Assembly: GCA_964560005.1 (NCBI GenBank)
Contig: CAZLKB010000003.1
Location: 110,951 to 174,950, forward strand
Reading direction: 5' to 3'
Length of the DNA stretch: 64,000 bases
DNA from: an uncultured Gammaproteobacteria bacterium
GTDB taxonomy: Bacteria; Patescibacteriota; Patescibacteriia; Patescibacteriales; GWC2-42-12
The first letter of the stretch is position 1. Every line of letters starts with the position of its first letter. The position numbers were made by a program, and so were the translations under genes. The notes beneath the pieces are model-generated. The model had not been told where the DNA came from and searched no databases. It was given only the letters and a program-made list of their open reading frames with translations. This document shows, in pieces, positions 62,827 to 64,000 of the stretch.

Positions 62827-62870
62827 ATAATTTTTGAAGTTTTAAAAAACTTCAACCCTAAAACAACTTT

Positions 62871-63074
62871 GGCGAGAGTGATTTGCAGACGCATTGTTTT
62901 TTATGCAACGGTGAAATTCCGTTGACGTGTCGCCCGCCGTCCCAAGCATACCTGCTCGGAATGAGAAGGACAACAGAGTCCGGAGCTAATGTAGGACAGC
63001 TCACCTGGCGCTAAGCGCTAGGGACAACCTGCTCGGGCACCATAAATAACAAGGAGCGCTGTTTCACTCTCGCC
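62871..63074 (+). ncRNA. unassigned structured RNA, about 204 nt, closed by an 11-bp helix
   Basis: ggcgagagtga (62871-62881) pairs perfectly with tcactctcgcc (63064-63074). Four internal hairpins, GC-rich, ORF-free. The strand is uncertain. Confidence 0.45.
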
Positions 63075-63158
63075 TCCTTAATATAATTTTCAAACTATAA
63101 TAATTCATCGCGAATTTATTCGTTAAATTCGTTTTAAATTCGTGTATTATTCGTTTTT

Positions 63159-63449
63159 ATGAAAAAAGACATCCACCCGAAATATTATCCGGAAGCCAAA
63201 GTAGTTTGCGCTTGCGGCAATGCTTTTACCACCGGCTCAACCCTAAAAGAGCTTAAGGTGGAAATCTGCTCGGCCTGCCATCCCTTCTATACCGGCAAAC
63301 AAAAGCTGATTGACAGCGCCCGCCGCGTAGAAAAATTCCAGGCTAAAATTGAAGCTAAAACCAAGAGCAAGCCCAAGCATAAGAGCAAGAAGGCCAAGCG
63401 CGTGGCCAAGACTAAGGCCAAGGCAGATAGAAAAACCGAAAAAAAGTAA
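63159..63449 (+). CDS. rpmE: 50S ribosomal protein L31 (Cys-containing type) with lysine-rich C-terminal tail
   Basis: [28 protein letters not shown] ... [13 protein letters not shown]. Confidence 0.95.
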   Translation: MKKDIHPKYYPEAKVVCACGNAFTTGSTLKELKVEICSACHPFYTGKQKLIDSARRVEKFQAKIEAKTKSKPKHKSKKAKRVAKTKAKADRKTEKK

Positions 63450-63658
63450 CTACACCATTTTAAAGACGGCATTCTTTATAGTATGGCGAAATATTGCTAT
63501 ACTCTATAGAGAGAGCCGTTTTTATTTATAAAGTTTGGGCTAAGCTTATTAAATTTGCGAACAAATTGAATTTCTATAAAGTGGTTTGAAAATTAATTAA
63601 TTATATCATTGAAAATTAATTAAAAATTGAGAATTGAAAATTGAAAATTATTATTTTT

Positions 63659-64000
63659 ATGTATTCAAATATTAAACAAAAATTTAAAGACTTGGAAAGC
63701 CAGTTATCAGACCAGGCGATTATTTCCGACTTAAAAAAATTGAAAGAAATTTCCAAACAGCACAGTGACCTTAAAACCGTGGTTGAACTGATTTTAGAAT
63801 TGGAAAAAAAACAAACTCAACTGGCTCAGAGCGAAGAGATGATCAGGCAAGAATCCGATCAAGAATTATTGAAAATCGCCAAGGAAGAAACCACTGAATT
63901 AAAAAAACAAGTTGAAAAATTAACTAACGAGATCGAGACCGAACTCCACCCGGCCGACCCCAACGATAAAAAAAATATAATCATGGAAATCAGAGCCGGC
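63659..64000 (+). CDS. prfA: peptide chain release factor 1, N-terminal part (runs off window)
   Basis: Own translation from the ATG at 63659: MYSNIKQKFKDLESQLSDQAIISDLKKLKEISKQHSDLKTVVE ... HPADPNDKKNIIMEIRAG, which matches the RF1 pattern (LLPKDPNDxKNvilEIRAG). rpmE-prfA adjacency is common. Confidence 0.85.
   Translation, partial: MYSNIKQKFKDLESQLSDQAIISDLKKLKEISKQHSDLKTVVELILELEKKQTQLAQSEEMIRQESDQELLKIAKEETTELKKQVEKLTNEIETELHPADPNDKKNIIMEIRAG

Noticed and set aside
62136-62925. Overlapping ORFs of 69-101 aa on both strands across 62136-62925.
   Set aside because: They overlap each other, overlap tRNA-Arg and the tRNA-like stems, and have Arg/Cys/Pro-rich compositions typical of translated GC-rich structured RNA. 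I treat the locus as RNA.
62974-63000. SRP RNA helix 8. The reason to consider it was that CAGAGTCC..GGACAGC resembles CAGGTCCGGAAGGAAGCAGC.
   Set aside because: The loop is 12 nt instead of a GNRA tetraloop, the symmetric-loop AGCA is incomplete, and the flanking strands do not pair as helix 5/8 would.
62871-63074. Cobalamin riboswitch. The reasons to consider it were a GGTGAAATTCC hairpin, CCCGCC, GAAGG, AGTCCGGAG and ACCTGC occurring in the consensus order.
   Set aside because: The AGGGAA element and a contiguous B12 box (AGYCMGG..CCKGCC) and GCCACTG are missing. The CCGG/CCTG pairing has a mismatch. A B12 switch upstream of rpmE makes no biological sense. Only an Infernal search with RF00174 could settle it.

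Overview
This 64-kb window looks like part of a small, AT-rich bacterial chromosome (roughly 35-40% G+C by eye) read with the standard code 11. The gene content and style suggest a Patescibacteria/CPR (Parcubacteria-like) genome. It has streamlined housekeeping genes, a lower-glycolysis block (ackA-gpmI-gpmI-eno-pgk plus gap), an [FeFe]-hydrogenase, PEGA/GldG-type envelope genes and mostly no Shine-Dalgarno sequences. I call about 60 CDS (almost all on the minus strand between 19.3 and 62.1 kb), 8 tRNAs, one tRNA-Pro fragment and RNase P RNA. I see no rRNA, CRISPR array, transposase or integrase. The most unusual content is non-coding. (i) A GC-rich, ORF-free 0.6-kb locus at 62.45-63.08 kb consists of tandem hairpin-CCA/tRNA-like modules plus a closed 204-nt structured RNA that I cannot assign to any family. 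(ii) A 30-nt GC-rich double-hairpin element and related GC hairpins sit in frame inside hydA (twice), a GT4 glycosyltransferase, enolase and GAPDH, and inside a duplicated tRNA-Pro fragment; this resembles Rickettsia palindromic elements. (iii) Nearly every gene junction, even inside operons, is filled by a 70-250-nt AT-rich inverted-repeat element built from heptamer words in locus-specific dialects, and similar sequence expands P12 of RNase P RNA. All functional calls come from motif recognition by eye, and no searches or folding programs were run.
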